A DNA stretch of 64,000 nucleotides from Deltaproteobacteria bacterium (GCA_052390235.1 JBQTHB010000005.1:352001-416000), one strand, 5' to 3'. Counted from the stretch's first letter, positions 30,649 to 42,742 are shown. Notes: generated by a model from the sequence alone, not told the origin. A program made the numbers and translations.

Positions 30649-31410
30649 CTATTTTCCGCCCGTAATTTTCCTCAGCGCCCACGCTATGGGGTCGAAGTAC
30701 CTGTCTGCTACCCTCTCTTTCAGGGGGATGATGGCGTTATCCGTGATGTGTATATCCTCCGGGCAGACCTCGGTGCAGCATTTTGTGATGTTGCAAAAGC
30801 CCACGCCCGCCTCTTTTCTGAGGAACTCGGTGCGGTCGAGGGTGTCTTTGGGGTGCATTTCGAGCTCCGCGATTTTAATCATCATTCTGGGCCCAAAGAA
30901 CCCGTCTTTGCGGTTGTGGTCTCTGAGTATATGGCAAACGTTCTGGCACATAAAACACTCGATACACTTTCTGAATTCCTGCCCGCGGTCAATGTCCTCT
31001 TGCTGCATTGTCCAGTCGGTGTCTTTTGCCGGGGTGAAGGGGGGGATTTTCTTTCTCACAGCGTAGTTCCAAGAGACGTCCGTAACCAGGTCTTTTATCA
31101 CCGGGAACGCCTTTAGCGGATAGACCGTTATAGGCTCTCCGGCGGGGAGGTTGTCAATTCGGGTTTTGCACATGAGCTTTGGCTTGCCGTTTATCTCCGC
31201 GCTACAGGAGCCGCACTTTGCCGCTTTGCAGTTCCAGCGGACGGCTAAGTCTCCGTCGAAGTGGGCTTGGATGTAGTGAATGGCATCGAGAACCACCATG
31301 CCCTCTGTTACCGGCACGCGGAATTCCTTTTCCCGCCCTCCGTCCTTTGTCCCGCGATAGACCCTTAGGACGGCCCTTTCCATCTCTCTGGTATCGGCGC
31401 TGCTGCTCAT
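30649..31410 (-). CDS. sdhB: Succinate dehydrogenase Fe-S subunit (Sdh1/type F-like)
   Basis: CKAAKCGSC, CIECFMCQNVC, CNITKCCTEVCPEDIHITDNAIIP. Confidence 0.92.
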   Translation of the reverse strand: MSSSADTREMERAVLRVYRGTKDGGREKEFRVPVTEGMVVLDAIHYIQAHFDGDLAVRWNCKAAKCGSCSAEINGKPKLMCKTRIDNLPAGEPITVYPLKAFPVIKDLVTDVSWNYAVRKKIPPFTPAKDTDWTMQQEDIDRGQEFRKCIECFMCQNVCHILRDHNRKDGFFGPRMMIKIAELEMHPKDTLDRTEFLRKEAGVGFCNITKCCTEVCPEDIHITDNAIIPLKERVADRYFDPIAWALRKITGGK

Positions 31411-31412
31411 GC

Positions 31413-33143
31413 TTATTTGCCCTCCGCAAACAGTTGTTTAAGGTTGCTCGGCATCTCAAGAATCGGTTTAGTCGTGATTTTCATCTCGTCGCCGTCCTTC
31501 CAGATAACGTTATTCACCTTGCCCCACACTGGGTCGGCGTCGGGGAAATCCACCCTGCTGTGAGCGCCCCTGCTCTCTTTTCTCGCGAGGGCGCATTTTG
31601 CCATGGCTTCGGACACTATAAAGAGGGATTTCAAATCTGCGCACAGATGCCAGCCCGGATTATACATACGCGAGCCTTCGATGGTGAGGTGATTGAGATG
31701 TTCTTTGAGTTTTTCAAGCTCGACAAGCCCCTTGGCAAGCCCGTCTTCGACTCTAAATACGCCGAAGTAATCCTGCATATTGTCCTGAAGGTTCTGATGA
31801 ACCGTGTATGGATTTACGCCTCTTTCATTCTCAAATGGCTGGAGAACCTCTCGCATGGATTTGTCCACGTCTTCGTCGTTGATTTGAAGGTTGTTGTCGC
31901 CGAGTTCCTTGGCATATTCAGCCGCCCCGAGTCCCGCGCGCCGCCCGAACACGAGGAGGTCTGAAAGGGAATTTCCGCCTAGGCGGTTTGCTCCGTGCAT
32001 CCCCCCTGCGACCTCGCCTGCCGCAAACAGCCCCGGAATGGTGCTTGCCCCGTTTTCGGCGTTCACTCTTACCCCTCCCATCACGTAGTGCGTCGTCGGA
32101 CCCACTTCCATTGGCCCTGTGGTGATGTCAACGTCGGCAAGCTCCATGAACTGATGATACATACTCGGCAGTTTCTTCTTTATATACTCCGCCCCCTTGT
32201 GGGATATGTCGAGGAACGCTCCTCCGTGAGGCGAGCCTCTGCCCTCTTTGACCTCCGTGTAAATCGAGCGGGCGACGACGTCCCTTGTGGAAAGCTCCAT
32301 ACGCTTCGGGTCGTATTTCTGCATAAACCTCTCGCCCTTGGAGTTTGTCAGAATACCCCCTTCGCCGCGCACCGCCTCGGTTACGAGAATTCCCTTTACG
32401 CCCGGGGGCCATACCATCCCCGTGGGGTGAAATTGTACGAACTCCATGTCAATAAGCTCCGCCCCTGCGTTGTAGGCGAGGGTCTGCCCGTCTCCAGTAT
32501 ATTCCCACGAGTTAGAAGTAATTTTATAAGCCTTGCCAATGCCCCCCGTGGCAAGCACCACTGCTTTGGCTTTGAAGATTACGAACCGTCCTGTCTCTCT
32601 CCAATAGCCGATAGCCCCTGCTATGCGCTCCCCGTCCTTGAGCAGGTGCGTTATCGTGCATTCCATATATACTTCCATCCCCGTGTGGATGCCCCTGTCC
32701 TGGAGCGTGCGTATCATCTCAAGCCCGGTGCGGTCGCCTACGTGGCAGAGCCTCTTGTGGCTGTGTCCGCCGAATGCCCGCTGGAGGATTTTCCCCTCCT
32801 TCGTGCGGTCGAAAAGCGCGCCCCAGTGTTCGAGTTCTCTGACTCTATCAGGGGCTTCTTGGGCGTGAATCTGAGCCATGCGCCAGTTATTGAGCATCTT
32901 GCCGCCGGACATCGTGTCTTTAAAATGGGTCGTCCAGTTATCTTCGGTGTCAACGTTGGCAAGGGCGGCGGCGACTCCGCCTTCAGCCATTACGGTGTGG
33001 GCTTTGCCAAGTAGAGACTTGCATACAAGCCCTACTGAAGCCCCCTTTGCTGAGGCTTCAATTGCGGCTCTAAGCCCCGCGCCGCCCGCGCCGATAACGA
33101 TGACGTCGTGTGAATGAGTTTCAAATTTTTCGAGAGTAGCCAT
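31413..33143 (-). CDS. sdhA: Succinate dehydrogenase flavoprotein subunit
   Basis: GAGGAG, KAHTVMAEGG, QFHPTG, EAVRGEGG, HYVMGG, HGANRLGGNSL, ESRGAH. Confidence 0.94.
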   Translation of the reverse strand: MATLEKFETHSHDVIVIGAGGAGLRAAIEASAKGASVGLVCKSLLGKAHTVMAEGGVAAALANVDTEDNWTTHFKDTMSGGKMLNNWRMAQIHAQEAPDRVRELEHWGALFDRTKEGKILQRAFGGHSHKRLCHVGDRTGLEMIRTLQDRGIHTGMEVYMECTITHLLKDGERIAGAIGYWRETGRFVIFKAKAVVLATGGIGKAYKITSNSWEYTGDGQTLAYNAGAELIDMEFVQFHPTGMVWPPGVKGILVTEAVRGEGGILTNSKGERFMQKYDPKRMELSTRDVVARSIYTEVKEGRGSPHGGAFLDISHKGAEYIKKKLPSMYHQFMELADVDITTGPMEVGPTTHYVMGGVRVNAENGASTIPGLFAAGEVAGGMHGANRLGGNSLSDLLVFGRRAGLGAAEYAKELGDNNLQINDEDVDKSMREVLQPFENERGVNPYTVHQNLQDNMQDYFGVFRVEDGLAKGLVELEKLKEHLNHLTIEGSRMYNPGWHLCADLKSLFIVSEAMAKCALARKESRGAHSRVDFPDADPVWGKVNNVIWKDGDEMKITTKPILEMPSNLKQLFAEGK

Positions 33144-33144
33144 T

Positions 33145-33879
33145 TTAGATAAACCTCATGTCTGTTATTGTTCCCGTTGCAAGAAGCCTTATGTAAACAT
33201 CCGTAAGAGCGACTCCGAAGAGGCTTACCCACGCCCAAAGCATATGGTTTTCATTTAGGATTGTCGCTTTCTGCCAGAGCATATAGCGCGTCGGACATTT
33301 AGAGAATATATCGAGCCTCCCGCCAATGAGATGACGCAGCGAGTGGCAGGACAGAGAGTACAGGCTGAGGAGCAGGGCGTTTAGGGTTATGATAATCGAG
33401 CCGAGACCTATGCCGAACTTCCCATCGAACCAGAAGGCTTTATAGGCGTCTATCCACAAAAAGGCGACTATCACAATCGAGGCGTATAAAAAATAGCGGT
33501 GTATGTTCTGCAGGATAAATGGAAACTTTGTCTCCCCCGTGTATTTGCCCTCAAGGGCTGTTACCCCGCGCACGGCGCATCCCGGAGGAGAGAAGAAAAA
33601 CGATCGGTAGTAGGCTTTTCTATAGTAATAGCAGGTCGCTCGAAATCCGCCCGGAGCCCAGAGGATTAGAAACGCGGGAGAAAACCCCCACCAATCTAAA
33701 ATTATCAGGGGCGAGTAAAATGGGGACAGATAAGGTTCAACCAAATAATGGTTGTTTTCAAAGGCTCTTAGCGTGGCGTATATACCGAAGCCTCCAAGCA
33801 CCGCCACGGTTATCAGCGGGGCGACCCACCAGGCGTCCCTACGCATGGTCAAAGAGCTTTCTGCCGTTCCGTTTGCCAT
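33145..33879 (-). CDS. Succinate dehydrogenase single membrane anchor, Rv0249c/type F-like
   Basis: SPFYSP, GFRATCYYYRKAYY, QNIHRY, SCHSLRH, NHMLWAW; start reassigned to ATG 33879 (GGGAGG RBS). Confidence 0.85.
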   Translation of the reverse strand: MANGTAESSLTMRRDAWWVAPLITVAVLGGFGIYATLRAFENNHYLVEPYLSPFYSPLIILDWWGFSPAFLILWAPGGFRATCYYYRKAYYRSFFFSPPGCAVRGVTALEGKYTGETKFPFILQNIHRYFLYASIVIVAFLWIDAYKAFWFDGKFGIGLGSIIITLNALLLSLYSLSCHSLRHLIGGRLDIFSKCPTRYMLWQKATILNENHMLWAWVSLFGVALTDVYIRLLATGTITDMRFI

Positions 33880-34241
33880 CGGAAAAATCCTCCCAAATTG
33901 TGTTGTGCGCTGAGGTAAAGACAGAGACAATGTCAGGGCTTTTAATTTATATAACCTTCATGATATGTCAAGGCGCAGGGAATTTCTAAGTGGTAATTAA
34001 TTTTATCGGCGGCGTATTCGGGCTTTTTTCATTTGAACTTCGGCGCTTGCCACGATTTGATATGAGACTGCTCGACACTGCCGCCACGGAGGGCTCAGCC
34101 CCTCCTGAGCTTGCCGAAGGGCGGAGATGACGAGAGAGATAGCCGATAAATGGGGATGAAAAAATTGAATATCGAAAAGCACGGGACAATAAGATAGGGC
34201 CGACGCCTCCGCCTGCCCTCTACCACGAAATTTCGGCTTAT

Positions 34242-35180
34242 TTAGATTCCAAGCTCTTCGATTCTCTTGCACAAATCCTTAACGTGTCCCGCCGAAACAT
34301 GGAGCGCGGCCGTCTCCTCTTCGGAGAGCTTTATCTCGAATATCTTCTCGACTCCGCCCCTTCCGAGCTTCACCGGAAGCCCGACGAATGTATCTTCGAT
34401 TCCGTACTCCCCCTGGGCAAGCACGCAGCAGGGCAGAATCTTTTTCTTGTCCTTTAAAATCGCCTCTGCCATCTCCACGGCCGAGGTAGCCGGAGCGTAG
34501 AAGGCACTTCCAGTTTTGAGGAGTTTTACTATTTCGGCCCCTCCGTCGCGGGTTCTCTGCACGATGGCCTCGAGCCTGTCCTTTGCGATAAGCTCGGTAA
34601 CTGGCACCCCTGCGACGGTCGTGTATTTCGTTATCGGCACCATATCGTCTCCGTGTCCGCCGAGGACGAAAGCCTGAATATTTTCAACCGACACCCCAAG
34701 TTCCATCGCCAAAAACGCGGTGAACCTGGCTGAATCCAGCACTCCGGCCATTCCCATGACGCGCTCTCTGGGGAATCCGCTTGCCTTGTGCGCCACATAG
34801 ACCATTGCGTCGAGCGGGTTCGTAACTAGGATTAGGATTGAATTCGGAGACCTCTTGGCGACTTCGCTCGTAACCTGCTTCACAATTTTCGTATTCGTCG
34901 AGATGAGGTCGTCGCGGCTCATTCCGGGCTTTCTCGGAATGCCGGAGGTGATAATGACGATGTCTGACCCAGCCGTTTCATCATAACCGTTCGTGCCGGT
35001 TACGTTAACGTCAACCCCCGACACGGGACACATCTGCATAAGGTCGAGGGCTTTACCCTGAGGCATTCCCTCGAGAATATCCACTAATACGATGTCTCCT
35101 AGCTCAAGCTCGGCGAGTTTAAACGCCGCCGACGCCCCCACATTTCCCGCCCCGATAACTGAAATCTTAGGTCTGCTCAT
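34242..35180 (-). CDS. mdh: Malate dehydrogenase (LDH-like)
   Basis: [40 protein letters not shown]. Confidence 0.96.
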   Translation of the reverse strand: MSRPKISVIGAGNVGASAAFKLAELELGDIVLVDILEGMPQGKALDLMQMCPVSGVDVNVTGTNGYDETAGSDIVIITSGIPRKPGMSRDDLISTNTKIVKQVTSEVAKRSPNSILILVTNPLDAMVYVAHKASGFPRERVMGMAGVLDSARFTAFLAMELGVSVENIQAFVLGGHGDDMVPITKYTTVAGVPVTELIAKDRLEAIVQRTRDGGAEIVKLLKTGSAFYAPATSAVEMAEAILKDKKKILPCCVLAQGEYGIEDTFVGLPVKLGRGGVEKIFEIKLSEEETAALHVSAGHVKDLCKRIEELGI

Positions 35181-35233
35181 ATTAATTAAATCTCCTGTAG
35201 TTTGTTTGATTATATGGTTTTTGCGCCTCGAAT

Positions 35234-36466
35234 CTAAACGTGATCCATGTTCTCAATTATCGCCCTGCCGAACTCGGAGCATTTAAGAAGCGTCGCCCCC
35301 TGGAGCTGTCTCTCTAGGTCGTAGGTTACTTTTTTTTCGGCGACTGTTTTTTCCATCGCTTTGACGATTAAATTGCCCGCTTCCTTCCAGCCGATGTACT
35401 CAAACATCATCACTCCCGAAAGTATCACCGAGCCGGGGTTGACCTTATCCTGCCCCGCGTATTTGGGCGCAGTGCCGTGCGTGGCTTCAAATACGGCGTA
35501 GAAATCCCCGATGTTTCCGCCGGGAGCCATTCCAAGCCCTCCCACCTGAGCGGCGCAGGCATCGGATAGATAGTCCCCGTTTAGGTTCGGCGTTACGATA
35601 ACGTCGTATTCATCGGTTCTGAGTAGAATCTGCTGGAGCATATTGTCGGCGATTCGGTCTTTTATCACGACTTTACCCTGAGGGGCTTTGCCGTTGAATT
35701 TCGTCCAAACGTCGTCTTCAGTGATTGTGGCGTCGCCGTATTCTTCTCTAGCAACCTCGTAGCACCACTCGCGAAACGCGCCCTCGGTGTATTTCATGAT
35801 GTTGCCTTTGTGGACTATCGTTACGCTTTTTCTGTGGTTTTGAATGGCGTACTTTATCGCCTTTCTCATGAGCCTCTTTGTGCCGAAGATGCTTATGGGC
35901 TTAATCCCGATGCCTGAGTCCTCGCGGATGCTTATCTTGAAATTTTCCTTGATGTAGGCGATGAGTTTTCTAGCGTCTGCCGAGCCGCACTGCCACTCGA
36001 TACCGGCATAGACGTCTTCTGTGTTTTCTCTGAATATGACAACGTCCATGAGTTCGGGTTTTTTCACCGGCGCTGGAGTCCCAAGGATGAATTTTACCGG
36101 CCTCACGCAGGCGTATAGGTCTAAGAGTTGTCTCAGGGCCACGTTTAGGCTTCTGAGCCCCCCGCCTACCGGGGTGGTTAGCGGCCCCTTGATTGCCACA
36201 ACGTATTCTCTTATCGTATTTAGGGTTTCAAGCGGAAGCCAGCCTCCGGTTTTATCAAATGCCTTCTCTCCGGCGAGAACCTCAAGCCACGCCACTTTTC
36301 TCCTGCCTTTATACATTTTTTCGACCGCCGCGTCGAAAACAATCTTAGAAGCGAACCAAATATCTGGACCCGTTCCGTCCCCTTCAATAAATGGAATTAT
36401 CGGATTATCAGGAACGTTTAAAGTATGATTTACTTCATTGACCGTTATTTTTTGTCCTTCAGACAT
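35234..36466 (-). CDS. icd: NADP-dependent isocitrate dehydrogenase
   Basis: [51 protein letters not shown]; start reassigned to ATG 36466. Confidence 0.96.
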   Translation of the reverse strand: MSEGQKITVNEVNHTLNVPDNPIIPFIEGDGTGPDIWFASKIVFDAAVEKMYKGRRKVAWLEVLAGEKAFDKTGGWLPLETLNTIREYVVAIKGPLTTPVGGGLRSLNVALRQLLDLYACVRPVKFILGTPAPVKKPELMDVVIFRENTEDVYAGIEWQCGSADARKLIAYIKENFKISIREDSGIGIKPISIFGTKRLMRKAIKYAIQNHRKSVTIVHKGNIMKYTEGAFREWCYEVAREEYGDATITEDDVWTKFNGKAPQGKVVIKDRIADNMLQQILLRTDEYDVIVTPNLNGDYLSDACAAQVGGLGMAPGGNIGDFYAVFEATHGTAPKYAGQDKVNPGSVILSGVMMFEYIGWKEAGNLIVKAMEKTVAEKKVTYDLERQLQGATLLKCSEFGRAIIENMDHV

Positions 36467-36650
36467 CGAGAAAGCTCCCTTTGAATCAGATTTTTGGCAA
36501 AAATATACATGGAATTTGCGGAAACACAAAGCCGAATTTCGCGGGCAAAATAGGAATGCGGCAAAATCTGGAGGGCAAACCCGCCCCGATTTCGCGCAGA
36601 AACAATGCGACTTCACCTAAATTTAGTGGGTAACCGGCATTCTAACCGCT

Positions 36651-39335
36651 CTACTGCTCTCCGGCTATCATCTGCCTTAGCACGGTTTGAAGAATCCCGC
36701 CGTTTTCGTAGTAATTTATCTCAACTACGCTGTCGAGGCGGCAAATCGCCTGAAGGGATTTTTCCGCGCCGTCCTGAGTCCTGTAGCGCACGGTAACCTC
36801 TTTCCTCGGTTTGAGGGCTTCGGCAATTCCTTCGATGTCAAACTCTTCAAATCCCGTAATACCGTGAGTTTTCCATGTTTCTCCGGTCTTGAACTGAAGC
36901 GGCAACACCCCCATTCCCACCAGATTGCTCCGGTGAATCCTCTCGTAGCTCTCGGCGATGACGGCTTTGACCCCGAGGAGCATAGTTCCCTTAGCCGCCC
37001 AGTCCCGCGAGCTTCCGCTACCGTACTCCCTGCCCGCAATGACGATGAGCGCGGTTCCCTCGGCGATATATTTGAGGGAGGCATCATATATTGATGTCGT
37101 CTCGCCTGTCGGCACATACACGGTGAGTCCGCCTTCCGTGCCGGGGAGCATCTGATTCTTGAGGCGGATGTTGGCAAACGTGCCTCGAATCATGACCTCG
37201 TGATTCCCTCGGCGCGAGCCGTAGCTGTTAAAATCCACAGCGGAAACGCCGTTTGCAATGAGGTATCTACCCGCTGGGCTGTCTTTGGCGATGTTCCCTG
37301 CCGGGGATATGTGGTCGGTCGTGATGGAGTCTTCCAAGAGGGCTAGGGCGCGGGCTTTTTTTATGTCCGAGACTCCGGGGGCGTCTTTGGGGAAATTGAT
37401 AAAATAGGGAGGCTCCTGGATATAGGTTGAGGTTTTATCCCAATCGTAGAGGTTTCCCGTAGGAATCGCCAAATCCTGCCAAGCCTTGTCGCCATCGAAA
37501 ACGCGGGCGTATCTGCCAATGAAAAGCTCTGGGTTGAGCGTCTTTTCGATGGCCTGCCTGATTTCCTCGTGCGATGGCCAAATTTCGTTCAGATATACGG
37601 GCTTTCCGTCGCTCCCAGTTCCTATTGCCTCCGAGGTGAGGTCAATGTTGACCGTGCCGGCTAGGGCATAAGCCACGACAAGTGGGGGCGATGCCAGATA
37701 CGCGAGTTTTACCTGAGGATGCACCCTGCCCTCGAAATTCCTGTTTCCGCTAAGCACGGCGGCAACCGTCAAATCCCCTTTTTTGATACCGTCCGCAATG
37801 GGATCTGGGAGGGGGCCGCTGTTGCCGATGCAGGTCGTGCATCCGTAGCCCACGAGGTGAAATCCGAGCTTTTCGAGATAAGGCACGAGTCCCGCGCCGT
37901 GGAGGTAGTCCATAACGACTCGGGAGCCGGGGGCGAGGCTTGTTTTAACGGTCGCGCTCACGCTAAGCCCTCTTTCAACGGCTTTTTTGGCGAGAATTCC
38001 CGCTCCTATCATGACCGAGGGGTTCGATGTGTTCGTGCAACTGGTTATCGCCGAAATCACGACAGAGCCGTCCGAAAGGGGCAACTGCGCGCCTTCGGTC
38101 TCGACCTCAACAGTTCTATCGGCCCTTTTGATTTTCGTTGTCATGTAGTTTCTGTAGGATTTTTGCATATCTTCAAGGGCAACGCGGTCTTGCGGCCGCG
38201 AGGGCCCAGCCAGAGACGGCACGACTTTGCTTAAATCAAGTTCGAGAACGTCGGTGTAAATCGGGTCGGGGGTGTCGTCGGCGCGGAAAAGCCCCTGCGC
38301 CTTGGTGTATGCCTCGACCAGTTGCACTAGGTGTCTGTCGCGCCCCGTGCCGCGGAGGAATTTGAGAGTCTCATCGTCAACGGGAAAAAATCCGGCGGTT
38401 GCCCCGTACTCAGGCGCCATGTTGGAAACCGTTGCCCTGTCGGCGAGGCTCAAGCGGCTAAGTCCTGGCCCAAAGAACTCGACTATTTTCTCGACTACCC
38501 CCTTTTTCCTCAGCATCTCAGTTACGGTAAGCACCAGATCCGTCGCAGTTGCCCCCTCGGGAAGCTCCCCGTACATCTTGAATCCTATAACTTCTGGGAG
38601 GAGCATATAGAGCGGCTGGCCCAGCATACAGGCTTCAGCCTCGATTCCGCCGACTCCCCATCCGAGGACGCTTAAGCCATTTATCATCGTCGTATGGGAA
38701 TCCGTGCCGACAAGCGTATCCGGGAAGGCAAATGTGTCATTGCCTACCTTCTCGCACATCACGACGCTTGCCAAATATTCGAGATTAACCTGATGCACTA
38801 TCCCCGTGCCTGGCGGGACGGCGCGGAATTTGTCAAAGGACTTCTGCGCCCATCTGAGAAAACCGTAGCGCTCGCGGTTACGCTCGAACTCAAGACCCAC
38901 GTTTTTATCAAAGGCGTCGGAAGACCTGAAGAAATCCACCTGCACCGAGTGATCTATCACCAAATCCACGGGGACTATCGGGTTTATCCGCTTCGTGTCG
39001 CCCCCCATTTGGCTAACGGCTGAGCGCATAGCCGCCAAATCCGCAACGCACGGCACGCCGGTGAAATCCTGAAGTATGACGCGGGCAGGGGTGTAGGGAA
39101 TCTCCTTTATCTCAGGTTTGCCCTTCCATTTAGCCACAAGCTCCACGTCCTCTCTGGTAACTATGCTGCCGTAGGAGTGTCGAAGGACGTTCTCTAGGAG
39201 GATTTTTATCGAGAAGGGGAGTCTTAAAAAATCTGCCCCAAGCGCCTCTTCAAGCCAGTTAAGGGAGTAGTATTTAATCGTCGCGCCGCCGACTTGAAGG
39301 GATGAAACTGCGTCGAAGGGTCTATGAGCCGCCAT
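36651..39335 (-). CDS. acnA: Aconitate hydratase A
   Basis: [54 protein letters not shown]. Confidence 0.97.
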   Translation of the reverse strand: MAAHRPFDAVSSLQVGGATIKYYSLNWLEEALGADFLRLPFSIKILLENVLRHSYGSIVTREDVELVAKWKGKPEIKEIPYTPARVILQDFTGVPCVADLAAMRSAVSQMGGDTKRINPIVPVDLVIDHSVQVDFFRSSDAFDKNVGLEFERNRERYGFLRWAQKSFDKFRAVPPGTGIVHQVNLEYLASVVMCEKVGNDTFAFPDTLVGTDSHTTMINGLSVLGWGVGGIEAEACMLGQPLYMLLPEVIGFKMYGELPEGATATDLVLTVTEMLRKKGVVEKIVEFFGPGLSRLSLADRATVSNMAPEYGATAGFFPVDDETLKFLRGTGRDRHLVQLVEAYTKAQGLFRADDTPDPIYTDVLELDLSKVVPSLAGPSRPQDRVALEDMQKSYRNYMTTKIKRADRTVEVETEGAQLPLSDGSVVISAITSCTNTSNPSVMIGAGILAKKAVERGLSVSATVKTSLAPGSRVVMDYLHGAGLVPYLEKLGFHLVGYGCTTCIGNSGPLPDPIADGIKKGDLTVAAVLSGNRNFEGRVHPQVKLAYLASPPLVVAYALAGTVNIDLTSEAIGTGSDGKPVYLNEIWPSHEEIRQAIEKTLNPELFIGRYARVFDGDKAWQDLAIPTGNLYDWDKTSTYIQEPPYFINFPKDAPGVSDIKKARALALLEDSITTDHISPAGNIAKDSPAGRYLIANGVSAVDFNSYGSRRGNHEVMIRGTFANIRLKNQMLPGTEGGLTVYVPTGETTSIYDASLKYIAEGTALIVIAGREYGSGSSRDWAAKGTMLLGVKAVIAESYERIHRSNLVGMGVLPLQFKTGETWKTHGITGFEEFDIEGIAEALKPRKEVTVRYRTQDGAEKSLQAICRLDSVVEINYYENGGILQTVLRQMIAGEQ

Positions 39336-39559
39336 TTTATTTCTCCGTTTATGGGGTTTAAAAACAGGGCTTTATTATAACTCGGATTTTCTAAATGAGA
39401 AGATTTTGCGCTTGGAAGTAAATTTTATTCTTAGGTTGGTTTCCCTCAGGGGCGATGAGATGGGGAAAAACGAGTCTAAAAGAAAGCGGAACTGCCCGGA
39501 TATTGAATACACGAGCTAGTCCCGCTTAATTGCGCTAATTTTCAGTGTGATAGAGCCTC

Positions 39560-40795
39560 TCAGCCCTCGAATTTTCTGAAAGCTATGCTTACGTTAGTGC
39601 CGCCGAATCCGAAGGAATTGCTAAGGGCGGTCTTAATTTTTACCTCTCTTGGCGTGTGGGGTATGTAGTCTAAATCGCACCCCTCTTCCGGCGTCTCAAG
39701 ATTTATGGTTGGCGGAAGCACTCCCTCATAAAGGGCGAGAGCCGTGAATGCCGCCTCAATTCCGCCCGCCGCTCCGAGCAGGTGTCCGGTCATGGATTTC
39801 GTCGAGCTGACCGGGATTTTATAGGCGCGCGAGCCGAAAACCTCTTTTATTGCGTTTGTTTCGTTGATGTCGTTCTGCTGAGTTGATGTGCCGTGGGCGT
39901 TGATGTATTCGACCTCTTCGGGGTTTATCCCGGCGTCCCGAAGCGCGCCTCTCATACATCTGGTGGGCCCGTCGAGGGATGGAGAGGTTATATGATGGGC
40001 ATCTCCGCTCATTCCATAGCCGACAATCTCGGCGTAGATCCTCGCGCCGCGCCGCTTAGCGTGTTCAAGCTCTTCGAGAATAAGCATCCCCGACCCCTCA
40101 GCTATGATGAATCCGTCGCGGCCCGTGTCAAATGGGCGGGAAGCCCTCTGCGGATCCTCATTTCGCGTTGAAATCGCCCTCATTACGTTGAATCCGGCAA
40201 TAGTCATCGGGATGATTGGCGCCTCTGTGCCGCCGGCTATCATGGCGTCGGCGTCCCCTCTTTGAATTGCAATGGCGGAGTATGCGATGGCGTGCGCTCC
40301 CGCGGCGCAGGCGGTTGTCGTACAGCAGTTCGGTCCCCTTGCGTTAAAGTATATCGAGACGTATCCCGCCGCCATATTTGCTATGATATTCGGAACAAAG
40401 AACGGGGAAACTCGGCCTGGGCCCCTGTCTTTGAACGTAAGCACGGTGTTGAAGTAAGTGTCCATGCCGCCAATGCCTGAGCCAACTATCGCTCCAACAT
40501 TAGGGGAAAGCTCATCGGTGATCTGGAGATTAGCGTCGTCGAGCGCGATTTTCGTCGCCGCAACGGCAAACTGAATAAACGGATCACTCCTCCTGATTTC
40601 CTTTGCGTCCATAAATGCTTCGGGGTCGAAGTCCAGAACCTCGCCCGCTATTTGGGTTTTAAGAGCCGATGGGTCAAATTTTGTAATCCGACCTACGCCT
40701 GAGCGTCCTTGGAGGATGCCGTCCCAGGTTTTCTTATTCCCGGTTCCCAGCGGCGTTACGAGTCCTAAACCCGTTACCACAACCCTTCTTTTCAT
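39560..40795 (-). CDS. fabF: Beta-ketoacyl-ACP synthase II
   Basis: RRVVVTGLG, TACAAG, NAHGTST, KSMTGHLLGAAG, SNSFGFGG. Confidence 0.96.
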   Translation of the reverse strand: MKRRVVVTGLGLVTPLGTGNKKTWDGILQGRSGVGRITKFDPSALKTQIAGEVLDFDPEAFMDAKEIRRSDPFIQFAVAATKIALDDANLQITDELSPNVGAIVGSGIGGMDTYFNTVLTFKDRGPGRVSPFFVPNIIANMAAGYVSIYFNARGPNCCTTTACAAGAHAIAYSAIAIQRGDADAMIAGGTEAPIIPMTIAGFNVMRAISTRNEDPQRASRPFDTGRDGFIIAEGSGMLILEELEHAKRRGARIYAEIVGYGMSGDAHHITSPSLDGPTRCMRGALRDAGINPEEVEYINAHGTSTQQNDINETNAIKEVFGSRAYKIPVSSTKSMTGHLLGAAGGIEAAFTALALYEGVLPPTINLETPEEGCDLDYIPHTPREVKIKTALSNSFGFGGTNVSIAFRKFEG

Positions 40796-41046
40796 TATTT
40801 CTTACGCTCCGTTATGTAATTTATAGCGTCCTGAACGGTTACAATCCCCTCGGCGTCTTCATCCGAAATCTCCACACCGAACTCATCTTCCATAGACATA
40901 ATCAGTTCCACTAAGTCAAGAGAATCTGCTCCTAAATCCTCTATGAAAGACGCCTCAGGGGTAACCTCATGGTCGGCTTTACCGAGCTGGCTTCCTATCA
41001 TCTTTCTGACTTTAGCAACTATTTCCTGATCAACTTGAGTTGCCAT
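40795..41046 (-). CDS. acpP: Acyl carrier protein
   Basis: [12 protein letters not shown]. Confidence 0.97.
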   Translation of the reverse strand: MATQVDQEIVAKVRKMIGSQLGKADHEVTPEASFIEDLGADSLDLVELIMSMEDEFGVEISDEDAEGIVTVQDAINYITERKK

Positions 41047-41073
41047 AATTGTATATTCCTCCCAAAGTATTTT

Positions 41074-41817
41074 TTAAGTATATAGACCGCCGTTAACCTT
41101 TACAACCTCTCCAGTGATATAAGAAGCCCCGTCCGACGCGAGAAACGCAACGACCTGCGCCACGTCAGCCGCCCCGCCGAATTTCCCTAGCGGTATCATC
41201 TCCAGATATTTTGCCTTTACCGCTTCAGGGAGGTCTTTTGTAATATCGGTTTCAATGAATCCGGGGCTTACGGCGTTTACCGTAATCCCTCTTGAGCCAA
41301 CCTCTTTTGCCGTAGATTTAGTGAACCCTATTATGCCCGCTTTCGACGCCGAGTAATTGCACTGCCCGGCATTGCCCATTTCACCGACGACGGACGTGAT
41401 ATTTATAATTCTGCCGTACCTCTGCTTCATCATGATTTTGACTGCGGCTTTGGTGCAGTTAAAAACCCCTTTTAGGTTAACCGACAGCACTTCGTCCCAG
41501 TCCTCTTCTTTCATTCTGACTAGAAGCGTGTCTTTGGTGATGCCGGCGTTATTGACGAGTATGTGCAGCCCGCCCATCTCCTCGGCAATTTTGGAGATTA
41601 CCTCCTGAGACGCTAAAAATGAGGAAACATCGAACTGCGAGAGCCTGCCCTTGCCGCCGGACTGCTCAATTTCCGACAAGAGTTCCTCAGCCGCCGCCGC
41701 GCTTTTTGAGTAATTTATCGCGATGATTGCGCCTTGTGCGGCAAGTTCCAGCGCCACGGCGCGTCCTATTCCTCTTCCCGCCCCGGTTACAAGGGCTACT
41801 CTATCTTTGAACTTCAT
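41074..41817 (-). CDS. fabG: 3-oxoacyl-ACP reductase
   Basis: TGAGRGIG, NNAGIT, YSASK, PGFIETD. Confidence 0.96.
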   Translation of the reverse strand: MKFKDRVALVTGAGRGIGRAVALELAAQGAIIAINYSKSAAAAEELLSEIEQSGGKGRLSQFDVSSFLASQEVISKIAEEMGGLHILVNNAGITKDTLLVRMKEEDWDEVLSVNLKGVFNCTKAAVKIMMKQRYGRIINITSVVGEMGNAGQCNYSASKAGIIGFTKSTAKEVGSRGITVNAVSPGFIETDITKDLPEAVKAKYLEMIPLGKFGGAADVAQVVAFLASDGASYITGEVVKVNGGLYT

Positions 41818-42742
41818 TCTCTTTTAAGGACTCCAGGTGGCTGGTTTTTTCAAAATTTTTCACGAATGCGTTTGAAATCGTGCGCCTAATCAGCCCGGAA
41901 AGCACGTTTCCAGGGCCAATCTCAAAGAACTTCGTTGCCCCCTCGTCGCACAGAGTCTTCATTGACTCGTACCATCTCACGGGGCTTTTGACCTGCTCTA
42001 TGAGTATCTCTTTGATTTTGGACGGGTCGAGGTTGATTTTAGCGTCGAGGTTAGAGACGATTGGGATTGAGAAATCGGAGAATTTTATCTTATCGAGAAC
42101 CTGAGCGAGTTTCTCAGCGGCCGGAGCCATGAGCTTGCAGTGAAAAGGGGCGCTTATCTCGAGCAGTACGACTCTCTTTGCGCCTATTGCTCTGGCTAGT
42201 TCCCCGGCTTTTTCAACCGCCCTCTTTGTGCCTGAGATAACGGTCTGTCCGGGAGCATTGAAGTTTGCCGGACCTACAAACTCATCCCCGCTTGAAGCCT
42301 CGGAGCAAATCCCCTCGACTTGCTCCTTCTCAAGCCCAAGCACAGCCGCCATTGAGCCGACCCCTACGGGTACTGCTCCTTGGGTGAACTCGCCGCGTTT
42401 TCTCACAACCCAAACGGCATCCATAAAGTTCAGGGCTTTGCTTGCCACAAGGGCGGTGTATTCGCCGAGGCTGTGGCCAGCGACAAAGTCCGGCCTTATG
42501 TCTGTTTCTTCCTCAAAAACCCTTAGCGCGGCGACGCTTGCGGTGAGAATTGCGGGCTGGGCGTTGACCGTGAGGTTTAGCTGCTCTCTGGAACTGTCCT
42601 CAAAGCAGAGCCTTGCCAAATCGAACCCAAGCACCTCGCTCGCCTCTTCAAAGGTTCTCCTTGCCGCGGCGAATTTATTATAAAGCTCCTGACACATCCC
42701 CACGTACTGGGACCCCTGTCCGGGAAACACGAATGTTATCAT
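41801..42742 (-). CDS. fabD: Malonyl-CoA:ACP transacylase
   Basis: FPGQGSQ, GHSLGEY, SAPFH, EIGPG. Confidence 0.96.
   Translation of the reverse strand: MITFVFPGQGSQYVGMCQELYNKFAAARRTFEEASEVLGFDLARLCFEDSSREQLNLTVNAQPAILTASVAALRVFEEETDIRPDFVAGHSLGEYTALVASKALNFMDAVWVVRKRGEFTQGAVPVGVGSMAAVLGLEKEQVEGICSEASSGDEFVGPANFNAPGQTVISGTKRAVEKAGELARAIGAKRVVLLEISAPFHCKLMAPAAEKLAQVLDKIKFSDFSIPIVSNLDAKINLDPSKIKEILIEQVKSPVRWYESMKTLCDEGATKFFEIGPGNVLSGLIRRTISNAFVKNFEKTSHLESLKENEVQR

Noticed and set aside
31995..33014. Long antisense ORFs (e.g. 339 aa opposite sdhA, 242 aa opposite acs)
   Set aside because: Shadow ORFs of conserved genes in GC-rich sequence
36467..36616. Cys-rich N-terminal extension of icd
   Set aside because: RBS and homology start at ATG 36466
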